This document shows positions 24,272-37,733 of a DNA stretch of 64,000 nucleotides, piece by piece. The stretch is from Leptogorgia sarmentosa. Taxonomy: Eukaryota. Each line of letters starts with the position of its first letter. Position 1 is the stretch's first letter. The notes under the pieces were generated by a model. That model was not told where the DNA came from, ran no database searches, and was given only the letters and a program-made list of their open reading frames with translations. The DNA lies in assembly GCA_964658305.1 (NCBI GenBank), contig OZ210885.1:25172001-25236000 (forward strand). The letters are read 5' to 3'. The position numbers and the translations under genes are program-made.

Positions 24272-24475
24272 ATACTGTATATGAGATTGTGACACTTGCT
24301 TGGCTACTGGTACCAAAACAGTGGTGGCACTCACATTTTAGTAATATTGCAATTTGAAGTTTAAATGCCACATGATTATTGTTCAGAAAGACAGTTGATG
24401 CATGTATGACAGTTAATGATATTGGTGTAATTCATTTCTGATTTATCTCCCATTTAGACAGACCTGTCTGATCTA

Positions 24476-25061
24476 CAGGGTGTCTCAAAAAAAAGGTAAT
24501 CGAACTTTGGCATGCCATTGTGCGTTAATTACTGGGTGTACGAACGTGATTTTTGCATGGTCATAAAGATCAAGGTCTTAGCAGTTGAATGACATATATC
24601 TTGTACGATATGGAAGAAAATCAGGCAAATGCGAGCGTGTTGAAAAATCTCGGTGAAAAACGCATTCTTTCACCTCTGAGAATTGCAGCTAAACTTATTC
24701 AAAATTAACTCCCTCTGGGACTTGAAGATGACGACCTTCCCTTCAACAATCGACCCGATTATGCATAATTATTAATAATCCTGATAAAATCTTTGTTACC
24801 ATGACACATTCGTGATGAATTGCATTTTTCTTTTGTTATGCACTGCTTTAATTAGGCGCAGAGGTGAAAGAATGTGTTTTTCACCAAGATTTTTCAACAC
24901 ACTCGCATTTGCCTGATTTTCTTCCATATCGTACAAGAAATATGTCATTCAACTGCTAAGACCTTGATCTTTATGACCATGCAAAAATCACGTTCGTACA
25001 CCCAGTAATTAACGCACAATGGCATGCCAAAGTTCGATTACCTTTTTTTTGAGACACCCTG
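24476..25061. mobile_element. Tc1/mariner-type fold-back MITE inserted in an exon of the element A transposase
   Basis: TA|CAGGGTGTCTCAAAAAAAAGG...CCTTTTTTTTGAGACACCCTG|TA; inverted arms of ~200 bp. Confidence 0.9.
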
Positions 25062-25475
25062 TACTACTAGGATCATAATTTCCTTCTTCGTTAAGCATTT
25101 TTAACTGAGGTTTAAAATACTTCTCCAGTCTTTCATGTAATTCCCTCCACCGACGTTCAATCTAAAATATGGTACAGTGCTTATATTGTAAAATTAAAGT
25201 GCCCCTGACACAAACATTGATTTTCTTACTATTGAAAGTACACAAGAGGCTGAATGTTTTGGTCAAAGAATTTTTCGATTTCATTGAAATGCGCAAATTT
25301 TATGCCGGTTTGAACACAATTTTTATTTGGCTAGTAGGCGTCAGTTGCAGGAGCCTGAGGCTAGCATTTATTGTGACGTCATGCAAGTTACTCGCATCAG
25401 TCGCGTAATTAGTGTAATAGCGGCCACTATAAAATACCAAAGCACAATGAAGCGAAAGCTGTTTTGAATAAAATC

Positions 25476-26424
25476 ATGTCAATAAAATCATCTGACTCCA
25501 ATAGTAGTTATCAGTCAGATGATTCTGATGTAAATTACATAACTGGATATGTAATAGAAGATGCTGAACAGTGTCTAAACAGTTCGAAGCGTCATTCTAA
25601 TCACGAACATGATGATTATCCCGGTTTGCCATATTCTGAAGAGCCTTTAGCTGACGAGGAATGGACAAGAAGCTACCAAACATCAGAGAATGCACGCAGA
25701 GAATTTGAAGAAAAATTGCGTAAAAGGTTCGACGGCTCCGTGGGAATTAGCGAATGGTAAGAAAAATATAAAGTAATTGTTCATATTAAAAGCTGTTGTG
25801 ATTTAAGCTAATATTCCTCTCCCAATATAGGTGTAAATGTGGGAACTGTAGCACAAACGATGTCAGCAATCCGAATGAATGTTTATGCTGCTGTGATATT
25901 GAGGAATGTGGGCAAGCACTTATTAGTGATCAAGTGCTCAATGATGTTGGTCAGGACGCAAAGGTAAAATGCATCACGGAACATCCCGGTTTTGATCAAA
26001 TTTGTTTGGGAAAGTGGAGTTTACGGATGGCATCTGACAAATATAAAACTAAGAGTAAAGCCAAATATTATCAGTTGAATTCAGAATCAGAGAACAAGTT
26101 AGTATATTTAAAGTGTATTTTATTTATTTATTTTAAAAATAAATGGTCAGCCAGCCATATCACACATGGTTTAATCTGAAATCAATATCAAATGTATAAG
26201 TAGAGTCGAAAATCCCAGATTATTATGAAAAGTTCGACGTCTGAACTAGGCTTTACAGTAAATAACTAGTATTAATCGTGCCTTTCAGGTTCTTGCGGAG
26301 TGTCTCATATAGAGAATTTACCAGACTTGTGTATGGTTTACTTGGAAACAGAAGGATTCCATTACCATGTTGTGCATTTCCTACTGAAAAGGAGGATTTG
26401 ACAGGATATATTGATGAAAATTGA
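25476..26424 (+). CDS. Kolobok accessory protein (KolX; cysteine-rich, P2X7 C-terminus-like), 3 exons, possibly damaged
   Basis: YSEEPLADEEW; W|CKCGNC...ECLCC; CITEHPGF; SYREFTRLVYGLLGNRRIPLPCCA. Confidence 0.78.
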
Positions 26425-26458
26425 CCTCGAAATTGACAGTACATAATGTACTATACAA

Positions 26459-29400
26459 TCACTGTCCACTGTTTCTAGGACAGTCTGTGACGTATTTGCG
26501 TCCCTTCATGGGATGGTGGCAAGTCTTGCAGAGGGGTGTTGCTTTTTTATTATTGTCTGTTATCGTTCTGGTGGCTTGTCCTCCTGCAACTTCTGAAACT
26601 GGAATGTAAGGAATAAAGAAAATATAAATCGAAGTACTGTTACGTTTATCATACTAATCATGGTGAATGGTTATAAAATGGTACATCCTTACTGCTGCTA
26701 ATTAATATTTAATACCTGGTGTTGTGGGAGGCACATCCTGTGTAACCATGCTTTTCCTTTCTTTATGTTTGGCCATTGCTTGAGCCACTGCTTGTTTTTC
26801 AAGCATCGAATTCATGGGTTCTGGAGACTTCTTTATCAGCTCTGAGGCAGCACCTTCCAAATCTTTTTTGGTAGCTTTCAGGAATGTTTCAAAAATATCC
26901 TGAACATATTCTAGCAATGGTTCATGAGAGTTAAAATTATTAGAACAAATTCATAAAATTTATTAATATTTACATTTACACATACTACAATGTATTTACA
27001 AATTCATACTTATTACCACTCTTATCTAAAATATTCTCCTTAGTAGTGTATGACAAACGCTTGGAAAACCGATAAAAGTGAATTAGTCTATTACTTCATG
27101 AAGCTTTTATTGAAAAAGTTCATTTAAACTTACCGAAGTTTGGTGTTACCCTCACATTCCTCACTGTAGCCTCACCATTCTTAAATTTGGGATAGGTAAT
27201 TTTTATTTTTTCTTGGTTGTCTGCCTTTCTTGTATCTAATTCCTGTCTCAGATTGAAATTAAAATGGATCATAGCTAAAATATGTCTACAAGATAAAAAA
27301 ACTTTCAATTAACACTATATTTCTCCAGACATGTACAGAAAGTGTCTGTCGAGATATAGATTATATTGATTCCGGGGTGCCTATTGTAGATGGGGAGAGT
27401 TGAAATATTTTGTCTGTGCAGATGAGTACGATTGATATAATGAAAAAGATCAATGATACTCATCTGTAATATAATGAAAAAATAGTGAAGACAGGCTATA
27501 TAACTGACCTACAATATTGTCCCACATAGCTATATGCTATCATCTTGGGAGCAAAATAGTTGAGAACACTGTGGAAACCTTCTAGACAGCTGGTCTGATC
27601 AAGTGGTGATGCTTGCTGAATGCCATGCACAAGCCGAGGGTTTGTTAGTGCAGATGACACTTTTTCATGTAATGGTGAACCTGAAAAAAGGAAGGGTTAT
27701 AATTTTCTTCAACAGTGGCAAGCCCAATAAACATTGTGAAAATTTCTACAGTTGCAAAATTCCAAATTATCAGATTCTGCTGACATTGTAAATTCACCAG
27801 GGCAGAGGTTGAGGGAAGGGGTGTGGTCATTAAATGGAATGGTCTAATCAAGGAACGATACGGACTACAGTCGGGTCAACCACTTCCAACTAATGACTAC
27901 CATCTGGGTTTTGTACTCACCCTCTGTTAACCACCTTCTGTTTTCAATATTGGTTCTATGAGCACACTGGTTAAATAATGGATCACTGTGATCAGAATGC
28001 TTGTTGATCATGTGCCGCAGGAAAGATTTAAATTTCGCCCATATCACGATCCCATTGTCATCATGAGTGGATGTTGCACTCCAGTGCAAGTGATTAGTAC
28101 ATGGTTTTATCCACTCGTTCAGCGCTTCAAAATTCTTATCCTTGGCTATTTTTAGCAGGACCTTTCGAACTTCTAAAATTGAAACACTTAGCCATTAACA
28201 GCCATAAACATCCTTTTCCTTTAATATTGTTTTAATTTTGTGTCTGTCAGATTCATGTGTGTAAAAGTGTTGTCATGACAACATGAGATATTTTCTATAT
28301 CTCACTCTAAAAGTGTAATACAGTAAATATCTCACCTTCTAAGCAAAATACCAGGGGAAATCACCCCATCATGTGATTGGACACTTTGAATTTGAGGTAT
28401 AATATTATGTTATATACTTACTTTTCTTCAAATGCCAGATATCACAGTAATGGATAATATTCTTCATTTTTGTTCTCATATATTTGGCAATTGAGGTATG
28501 TCGGTCGGATATGAATGTTGTTATGCAAATTCCATATGCAATAAGGTGGTCCATGCACAGCTTAAAACACATGAACTCCATAGCCGGACTGCTTCCTGCT
28601 TGATTTCTCTGCAATAGTAATGGAACACAGGTACACTAATCAATACATTCTTAGTAACCAAAACACAAAGTATTATAAGGTCCTGGTCAAATTAGATACA
28701 ACATACTAAGTGCCAGAACAGGTGGGAAAATTGACTGAGCATGCGCGGGAAATCCCCACGAGACGTGCGTGTATTTTGCGGGAAGAAGAAATGTACATTT
28801 CACGAACAATCAAAACAAATCTTGTGTCGATTCTGAATGGCGTACTTCTACCCACTGTTTACAGTCACAAGTTAATCTGCAATAATTAGAATTTTCTGTG
28901 AAATGTTCGTATCGTAACGAGGATGACAATATTTATGTCATAAATGTTTAAATATCAGCGACAGAGCACAAATCACGGCGGAGCAAAATAACTTGTGATG
29001 AGGCTTGAGATTTCACTTCTACCGAAGGCTAAAATACAAACCCCGGGCCTGTTCAAGGCCCTATTTTGACGCTTACAAGTAAAGTATCACAAGAAAATAC
29101 ATGAAGTGGAGAGTATTTTTGGAATGTTTCATCATGAGGCCACCGCCAGTTTTTGAAATATCTTCATTTCATTACCGGTTATCATTATAATTACACTGAA
29201 GCCTGACTTGAATAAACACAAAAATATTTCATTTCTAACCAAATTATGCTCACGAAATCTAAATTAAAAGCTATATTTTTAAACTAGACCTTTCTCGAAG
29301 CAGATTTGATGATGTAAATTAACTTTTGGGTCTTTGATTCTTGGCCAGAATTTGACCACAACACGTGTGAAGCAAGTGGGTCTCAAACACTTAACTAAAG

Positions 29401-32337
29401 CATCATGAGGCCCTATTTTCCTGTTGATAGGTTTGGTATCACTAAACGCCAAAGAAGCGTTTCTTTTCATTTAGCTATATTTGAAATTGAGGCCACCGGC
29501 GATTTTTACAAAAATACAGTTCAAAGTCAAGCTATTTTCACAAATTTTCAAAATTCGTCAAATTTCACGAGCTAGTACTTCGAGGATAAATCGCACAAGT
29601 TACACTAACAAACAAATTATGGGAAATTTGAGAAATAAAAAGAATAATTTCAACTTTCATTTCATTCTCATATCACGTTTTCCTCGTTGATTACGGTTTC
29701 AAACAAGCCACATCTCGACATTTACGGTATTTGCCACTCATTTGCTCCTATTTTAACGTCGGCATATTTACTTCTTCCACACACTCGATTGCAAAAAAAA
29801 CCACCGCAGAACAAGGAATTCATGATCGGTTTTAAAAGATTAAGCACTAAGTTAGACATCATTTGAATAAACAGCAAAAATTCGTCAGCTAAAACAGTCA
29901 TTTGCTAACTTTCTGCCATGTTTTGGAATGTAAACACAATGTGCCCGCGATTTTTTGGTCAGCGCCGACAAATTTCCCACCTGTTAAGTGCCAGGCTATT
30001 TTACTTTTTTTACACCAGATGATTTTACTTGTCAAGTAGAATCCTCCTGTGGCAATGGTTAATTAAATTTACAGTACCAGTATACAATGTTGAATGACCA
30101 CTACTAACCTGCACAAGGTCAAAGTGTATTATTTGTGCAAGGCTACAACAGAATATTGTGTAAGCACAGAATTTAGCTGAGTGGCCCATGCTATCATGGC
30201 GTCCATCTCCTGAAACCACAACGCCATCTTTTATGTCCTTAGCTTTTTGTAGCAATGTCTTCTGATATTCTTTCCAGTGGAGGTAAATAGATGGAAACAA
30301 CAGTTTCTACAAGCAAAAATACCGTATCAGCAGAGTAAGTAATCCAACATATTTGATTGTTCAAATTTGTTGAAAAAATCACCCATTCACTTATTATACC
30401 AGTGATCAATGTGTAGTTTGCCAATTAACTTTACTCATCAAGGGAAAGACTATAGACAAGTTTATAAATTATGGTTACACAACAATATCAAGATCAAGTC
30501 AATGAGCAACTTTACTTACTCTTTGGTATCGGAAGTAGGTGCGTAAAGAAATACATGCAAGACCTATGTGACAGAAAACATGCTGAACTTTGGTGATTGG
30601 TCCACCAGCAAGAAGAACAGCCATGGATAATAGAAAATTTCCAGCAAAAATTCCCATATTTGGCATCTTTGGTTGACTATTCCAACTTACAACTTTCTGA
30701 TTGCAAGTTGGGTTACTGCATCTTGTGGTTACAACAACTGTTGTACCAACTTGTCGTGTCTCGAGCAAAGGGTTGTCAGACTTGCAAGAGTGGCAGAACT
30801 TGAAAAGCAGAAGGAGTTGTGTCCAGAATACAATGAACTTGGGTTCTGTTCGGATATTTCCATCTATTGTTGGCAGCCTGTAAAGTAAGAACACTTACTA
30901 AGGCAGGGACAGGAAATAACTGTACCTAGGATTTGCTTTTTCTGCACTATTGACCAACCTATAGTATTTGTAGTTGTTTTCTGTATGTTGTAAGAAACTT
31001 ACTGTGTCTCTGGTTCATCCTCAAGATCATCTTCATCTTCTGAAGCAGTTGTTTCTTCACATTCCATTACATAAGGCTGGTCATTTTCACTTTCGTCTTC
31101 AATATCGCTTTCCATATTCTCATCAGAATCCAGATGCACAACTTCTCTCTCCTCCTTCTTAGTATTGTCTTGTTGAGGCAGTTTTAATTCAAGGTGGCTT
31201 ACTACAGTACAGAAAAATATCAATGTAGAAAACCATTGCAAGATATAAGTAACATGATTGCATGCCCATTTTGCAAATTCACATGGGGTTTTTTTTTTCA
31301 TTTCCCATCATGTTGCTAAAAACCAGGTGCAGATAGTCAATCAACAGGAAAATATCCCACGGCATGAGCACATTTTTTAGTACAACTCTGTGAGTCCTGG
31401 ATATGCATAATAAGGTATTCCACTGATGCTCCAATTCTACAAACTGTTGATGTTTGACTGATAGGTTGCTGGCAGATACAGTAGTCACAATATAATAAAT
31501 CAAATATTTATTTTAAAATTTATCATAGGGTTTTTTTTTACACACCTCTACGTTTCATATTTCTTAGTTCTCTTCCCTTCTTTTTCTGGCTTGCTTGAAG
31601 AGAAATGATTTTATTTCTTAATCTTCTGTTTTTCTCACACAATATCTTATCTTCCTTCTTTTGTGATTTATCATTCTCGTTATTTTCAGCGCATTCTTCC
31701 ATTTGCTTGGCATCTGAATCTGCATGGGTGATCTGTTGACAATTACAAATGTTGTGAAATGCATATGCATATTTTCGCATAATTCACAAATCTATGGGTA
31801 CATACAATGACACCAGAATGTTGATTTTATTTTCGAACTGCCTGGCATCCCGCATCTGTCACATCAGATTGTTTTATCGACTCAGAGACCTTGTTTAATA
31901 CTTACCGACTGATCAGAGCAAGTTTCGTTCATTGGTGGCGGTGTCGATAACTCGTCCGCGCTCATACTCAAAGTCGGTTTACGAGTTGTGGTCGTCGACC
32001 TCAGTGTTTTGGTAGATTTCGCATTGGATTTCACAGTCGCAGAAGAAGGCTGTGATCTATTGAGAGGGGTATCACCTGCTTCTTTGTCGAGTAGATTCCT
32101 TATAACCTGGTAGGTGGAAAAGAGTGGACGAAGCCAGCTTGAGTCAAAGTGGTTTCATATAGCCGACTTCTTGGAAGGCACAAATAACCGCTTCGATGAT
32201 ACAAAGTCAACCCATACTTTTCTCCTTCTTCTACATTCGGCGTGTTCGTCGTTGAAGAATGGGATAGTGTGTAAACTTATTCCATCTTTCAAGCTTGCCT
32301 TGTTGGTACAGTTAGCAACAACACAATAAGAAGGCAT
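26459..32337 (-). CDS. Kolobok transposase with N-terminal THAP domain, multi-exon; intactness not verified
   Basis: MPSYCVVANC...LHTIP (THAP); SGDGRHDSMGHSAKF; FISDRH; DIWHLKK; TSCLEGFHSVLNYFAPK; C-terminal CKTCHHPMKG. Confidence 0.85.
28717..29985. mobile_element. Non-autonomous TIR element with 9-bp TSD (Mutator-like?) in a Kolobok intron
   Basis: AAGTGCCAG|AACAGGTGGGAAAATT ... AAATTTCCCACCTGTT|AAGTGCCAG. Confidence 0.8.
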
Positions 32338-33984
32338 ATCTTTTACGATGAATATCGCGATAACAAAATTTGCATATTAACGCGACAAGTTCTGCTGAAA
32401 ACAATCACGCTTGAATAATAATATTACAGCCCGGTAACTGCGTGACCTAACAAATGATACTCGTCTCAGTTTCCTATATGTCTATTTTTTTTATCACGGA
32501 CACGTGCCATCGAGATGCCTGATTATAGCGTTTGCAAACCGGCATAAAATTTGCGCATTTCAATGAAATCGAAAAATTCTTTGACCAAAACATTAAGCCT
32601 CTTGTGTACTTTCAATAGTAAGAAAATCAATGTTTGTGTCAGGGGCACTTTAATGATAATGCCAAATTATGAATGTTGATGAGGGATTTATCCGATTTAT
32701 AAAACATACTTGATTTGATGTGGATGGGTTATATATGACAGTCTTTACTGGGTCAGTGTCCCCATGATGTTGCCTAAGATATGCCTGCATCGTTGCTATA
32801 GTTCCAGTTTCTGTGCCCTTGTCGACTCTGAACATGTTTGGAAGAGTTCTCGAGTCAAATAAATAATCCATATACCATCTACCAATTCGCTTGGGGTCAG
32901 AGTTGCTCGTCCATATTTTCAGCCACAATAACTTTCGACTTGCCGTATCAAGACAACCATATACTGCCAATGGAAAGGTGCTGTTTTGAAATCCCATTAG
33001 CTTATCATGTCCATCTAGGGAATGGACCCAGTTGACACCTTTGGTAACTAAGTGCCCTTTCTTCTTGCACTTCTTGTTTGGACATCTTGCTTCTAAACCT
33101 TCTGCATCTATGTCATACATCACTGCATACACTAGATCACGAGGAACATTGAGACCATGGACCTGTCTTGTCTTGTTGTTCATGGCGCGATATCCGAGAA
33201 GTTGTCCTGGACCTTGAATTTCTTTTTCCACAGCTTCTTTAACCTGGTCGACGCTGACTTCCTTGTCAGTGAAAAAGATGTTTTATTCTCTTAATCGCCT
33301 GTCCAAACTACGAAAACTCCATGTGCATTGTGGAAAGTCTCGAGTGAGATAATCCAACATCTCTTTACGCCTTAGACCTTGTGCAACATATCTCTTCATT
33401 TCTTCCTTCAAAAATGCATCCTCTAGCCAATCTTTATTTCGAATACGAGTGACCGCCATGTTTGTTTTGTAGGGACAAATGTGGATCCTTGGCTGTGATC
33501 CTTGACTACTACCACTGTTTAATTGAAATTGCAATGGGCTATGGCAACGATAGGCCAATGTGAATTTTGATTTTGATTTCAATTTGTTTTATTTTTGCTT
33601 TGTTTTATGTTTATTTTGAATTTAATTTTAAAACGTTTTACTTTTGTTTTTAGTTGAAAAAGTACGGTGGCCCACAAGTGCAAACACGTGCAATAACATT
33701 CGAAACAAAAAGCATAAGTAGTCCGAAACACAAATAAATATACTTTTAACACAATTATTAAAGTCAAATTACAAACAATATAGATGTCTCAGACACCTCA
33801 GACACAAAACAAAACACAACATTTCATCGAAACACAAATAATATTACTAAAACACAAAACATAACATTCGAAACACAAATTCCCGGATGTAATTTTGCCT
33901 TGGCCACGTGCTTGACCTGCGGCAAGGAATTAGCATCATTTGAATTAAGGACGCCATTTATGCATTAAGCGTTAAAATATAAAC

Positions 33985-36898
33985 ATGCCTTCGACAGCAC
34001 ATGGCCAAGAAGTCATTTGCTGTGCTCATTGTGGCACAAAAGCGCTGGACAACGGGGATACGAACTTTTGCACAAAGTGTGGAGGAAGGTTCATAAATTT
34101 GCAAAATCGCGGGGGGAATAGCTGTCAGAATGCACTGGTTCCATGCACATCTGCGACCACAAGTCAGAGTCAATGCGAGACTGCTACTAATGTTAGCTCT
34201 AATGTTGTTACGAGCCGAGAAAACAGAAGGCGAACTATGTCCTTCAACGAGTACAAGTCGAGAAAAGAACAACATAGACAATCCAACTTTCGCCCTGTGG
34301 CCACAAAGAAATCCAAGCGAGAAGAGCAATCAAAGAATGTCACTATCAATGTCGGTATGATGACATACCACGAAGATCAAAACTGTTTGCGGCCTGTGTG
34401 GGGAAAGAACCAAACTGTCACAGTAGCGAGAAATAGCACATGTGCAGCAATATTCGAGCAGGCAATTACGAAAAGGAAAGCACATGATAGACATTTTGCC
34501 AAACTTTATGAGAAAAAAGAATATCAGCTTCTTTTGCCTGATGGCTCAAGTGCGTTGTTCCTGCCGGGTAGTGACAAGCAGGAGTTTTTCAATCTCGAAT
34601 TAATTGTTCATACAACCGAATTACGCTTTATTTATGTGCAGTATCTGATAAAGAACAAGAAGAAATTAATTTTGATAGGAACACAAGTGACGAAGAGGAG
34701 ACTATTAACACAGAGCTCCTTGCGGAAATCCCATTTGATGATTTCACTGAGTCAGAGGTAACAAGCAACGATGAAGGGACCCTGCACACAACGCCCTCTG
34801 TCCCAATACCCAACACTCTGACCACTGATGAAAGAAATGGAGAGGTGAGATGTCCAACATGCACAGCATTTTTTCTAAGTGATATAATCCAGGGACATGC
34901 TGACCTTTGTGCAGAAAATGCAAATGTCCAGACTTATTGAAATCCTGGATGATGTTGATTGTGCCCAAGACATAAGTGATTTCTCACCTGACTGTATGCC
35001 TGAAGGAATTTCAGAGCCTGTAAATTCAACTTCCCAATCAGCTGGTGACCATACTGCCCTGGAAATTCTCAAAGATCTGACTACAAACATTGGAACAGTT
35101 TCTCATGTGAATGTACGTCGTGGCAGGTTGTTTGAAGATTATGTAGATACCCGAAAGAAGTGTCCATGGCACAAACCTGAGAGTTCACTAAAAGTTACAT
35201 TCATTGGTGAACCTGCAATTGACACAGGTGGTCCGAGGAGAGAATTTTTGACAGGTTCGTAAAAGCAATCAACATGATTGTATACATTATTTACATTTTA
35301 TTCAGTTGAGATGTTCCAGTTGATTTATTGATTAAAGCATGTCTTTATAAATGTATATCTGTTAAAAATTGGAATTAATGCACCAGTAAATATTGACACT
35401 TTTCTCCAGATGTTATGAGGCAAGTTCACAGAAGACTTTTTCCTGGAGGTCTACCTGTCATAAGTCCAACTGCGATTACAGAGAATGAATTCCTATATGC
35501 AGGCAACTTGATGGTTGCATCATTATTACAAGGTGGCCCACCCCCAAGATTCCTTTCCACCTGGGTTTATGAATACATTGTTTCTGGGGATCAACAAATA
35601 AATTCAGTTGGTGTTGATGATATCCCGTCTGGAATAAATAAAGACTTCGTAAATCAGGTAGTGTGATATGTATTAGTCTAGTCTGGTTTGGGATGTTAAA
35701 AAAGCATTTTTTATGTGATCTACATACTGGGTATATTAGTTAAAGTAGTTATTAAATTTAAGTTGAAACAATGTGAAACAGATGATGAAGTGAGGAGATT
35801 GTTAAGCGAGGAATCTTCATTGGATATACTGCAAGGAATATGTTTTCGAGGTGTCCCTATGAAAGCCAATACTTCAGACCGTGATAAGATTGTCAGGTGA
35901 GGTTCTATATCTAAATTTGTAGCTGTGACTTTAGTACACTTCAAGTTGCTCTTTGATGGAATCATCATCAATCTAATTTTGTTCTCAATATCTTGCCTTG
36001 TTCTTATGAATAATTTAAATCACTCAATTTGTGATGTCATATGCCACATAACAAATATCTATACAAGTTGCCCTTCTGTATAGATCTTTATTCTGTGGTC
36101 ATACATTCAATGTACATAACAGGGATTTAAATATTAATGGTTAGGGTTATGTAACAGGGCTCGATGTTTATGTACATGAACACTGTGTACAATGTTTTGT
36201 AACATATAATCAACAAGCAAAATGTTGCATTTCAGTTGTTCAATTACCCACTTCAAGTAGTTTAGTTTGAAATGTACATTGTATAAATTCCCTTAGGTCA
36301 ATCATAATGAAAGAAGTTGTCCGGCAACAAATACCCATGTTATCTCAACTTGTCAATGGACTAGCAGTATGTGGCTTGCTGGAAAGTATCAGAGCCAATC
36401 CAATGCAAATGAAAGATCTGTTTTGCATAGATTCTGCAGGATGTCTGTTGGACAATGATATGTTTGTTGAACTAACTGAAGCACAATTCAGTCAACAGCA
36501 ACAAAAAAAGTCAAAGGAGATAGATACTCACAAATATTTTTGTGACTTTGTGGATAAACTCTTTCATCAGGGTAATGTTACTTTTATGGTACTTCCAACT
36601 AAAAACACACTTTTATGCACACTCATGATATCATTTTCCGTATTTGCTATTAGGTATTGATGGTTATGGACTGCCTGATTTACTAAAGTTTGTGACAGGT
36701 GTCTCAGAAATACCTCCTCTTGGCTTCGCAACAAGAATCAAAATTACATTTATCCATGGGTGTAAAGAAGGTTGTAGGTGTCGTCCAACCTCATCAACAT
36801 GTGACCTAATTCTACGAATTCCTGTACACTGCAATTCCTTGGAAATTGTGTGTGAGGTGTTTATATCAGCATTTCAAGAAGGATTTGGAGTAATATAA
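33985..36898 (+). pseudogene. HECT E3 ubiquitin ligase (G2E3-like HECT) with N-terminal zinc ribbon and UBZ-like finger; spliced, frameshifted
   Basis: CAHC...FCTKCG; VRCPTC...HADLC; FIGEPAIDTGGPRREFL; LLQGGPPP; LLKFVTG...IPPLGF; RPTSSTCDLILRIP...EGFGVI*. Confidence 0.85.
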
Positions 36899-36899
36899 A

Positions 36900-37733
36900 C
36901 ATTAAAAATTGTAACTGTTAAATTGGTTGTTCATATAGAAAATACTCTTGAAACTCATTAGTCTCATCAACATTCTCAATAAAATGTTCCAAAGAGTAGT
37001 CCACATCATCATCTGTTACAGAAGTAATACATTCCTCAACTCCATAGAACTCTGGTCAGTGATACAGTTCATCAGGTCTGCCAGAAACATTGGAATGGTT
37101 GGAGTCTCGAATATAATGAGTATTCCAGTGGACTTTAAGCTCATCAAGATCTTTCTGGAGGAGTGGATGAAAACAAAACCACAAACATTCTTCTTGTATT
37201 GTATTACCTGGAGTTAGTTCTGTCCGTTGCACCATATCTTCAAAAAAATTTATCCACCATGATGTTCTGTTCCTTCGGAAAAATGACCACCAAGCCTCGA
37301 TTCTTTGGTTGTGGTGAGAACTTCCATATACATGTGCATACATGTGCATCTGCTCCACTATATGTCTTGCGACGTGTATACCTTCAAGCCTTAAAGTGTG
37401 CCAAATACTACGGTAACCCCCCATGCAACCAGGGCCGTCTAGTTCTTCTTGAATTCGTCGGCGTACCAACTGTTCGTCGACATGACAGCATTTTCTACTT
37501 AGACAATACGATTTTAATCTGCTTTTTAGTGTTCGAAGGCTGATCACTATGCCGTGAAATTTGGCTAAAAATGCCACTATTTTCTCATACTCAAATCCCT
37601 TTCCAAAATAATGAGTTATAAAAGTTCTCTCCTGATCTAATTTTACACCACATTTACCACAATGAACAAAACTATCTTCAATAATACATTGGCACTCCAA
37701 ACATCTCATAGCATCCGCCATATTTGCCGCCAT
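36900..37733 (-). pseudogene. Element B transposase, internally deleted (first two catalytic Asp motifs missing)
   Basis: N-terminal HTH region (HGIVISLRTLKSRL, GYRSIW) joined directly to YGSSHHNQRIEAWW...WNTHYIR...GRPDELY. Confidence 0.85.

Larger units (their letters stand above)
25198..32649. mobile_element. Kolobok DNA transposon
   Basis: TTAA TSD (25194-25197, 32650-32653), AG...CT termini, ~115-bp TIRs, two convergent genes. Confidence 0.92.
19779..33459 (-). pseudogene. Spliced rve-like DDE transposase of element A, split by insertions
   Basis: MAVTRIRN (33459); HSLDGHDKL, RVDKGTE, STSNQ (33231-32710); IERRWRELHE (25161-25064); WNSHRIR (20280-20110); last exon 20000-19779. Confidence 0.85.

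Noticed and set aside
25476..26424. Host P2X7 receptor
   Set aside because: Only the cysteine-rich domain is present, within Kolobok TIRs.
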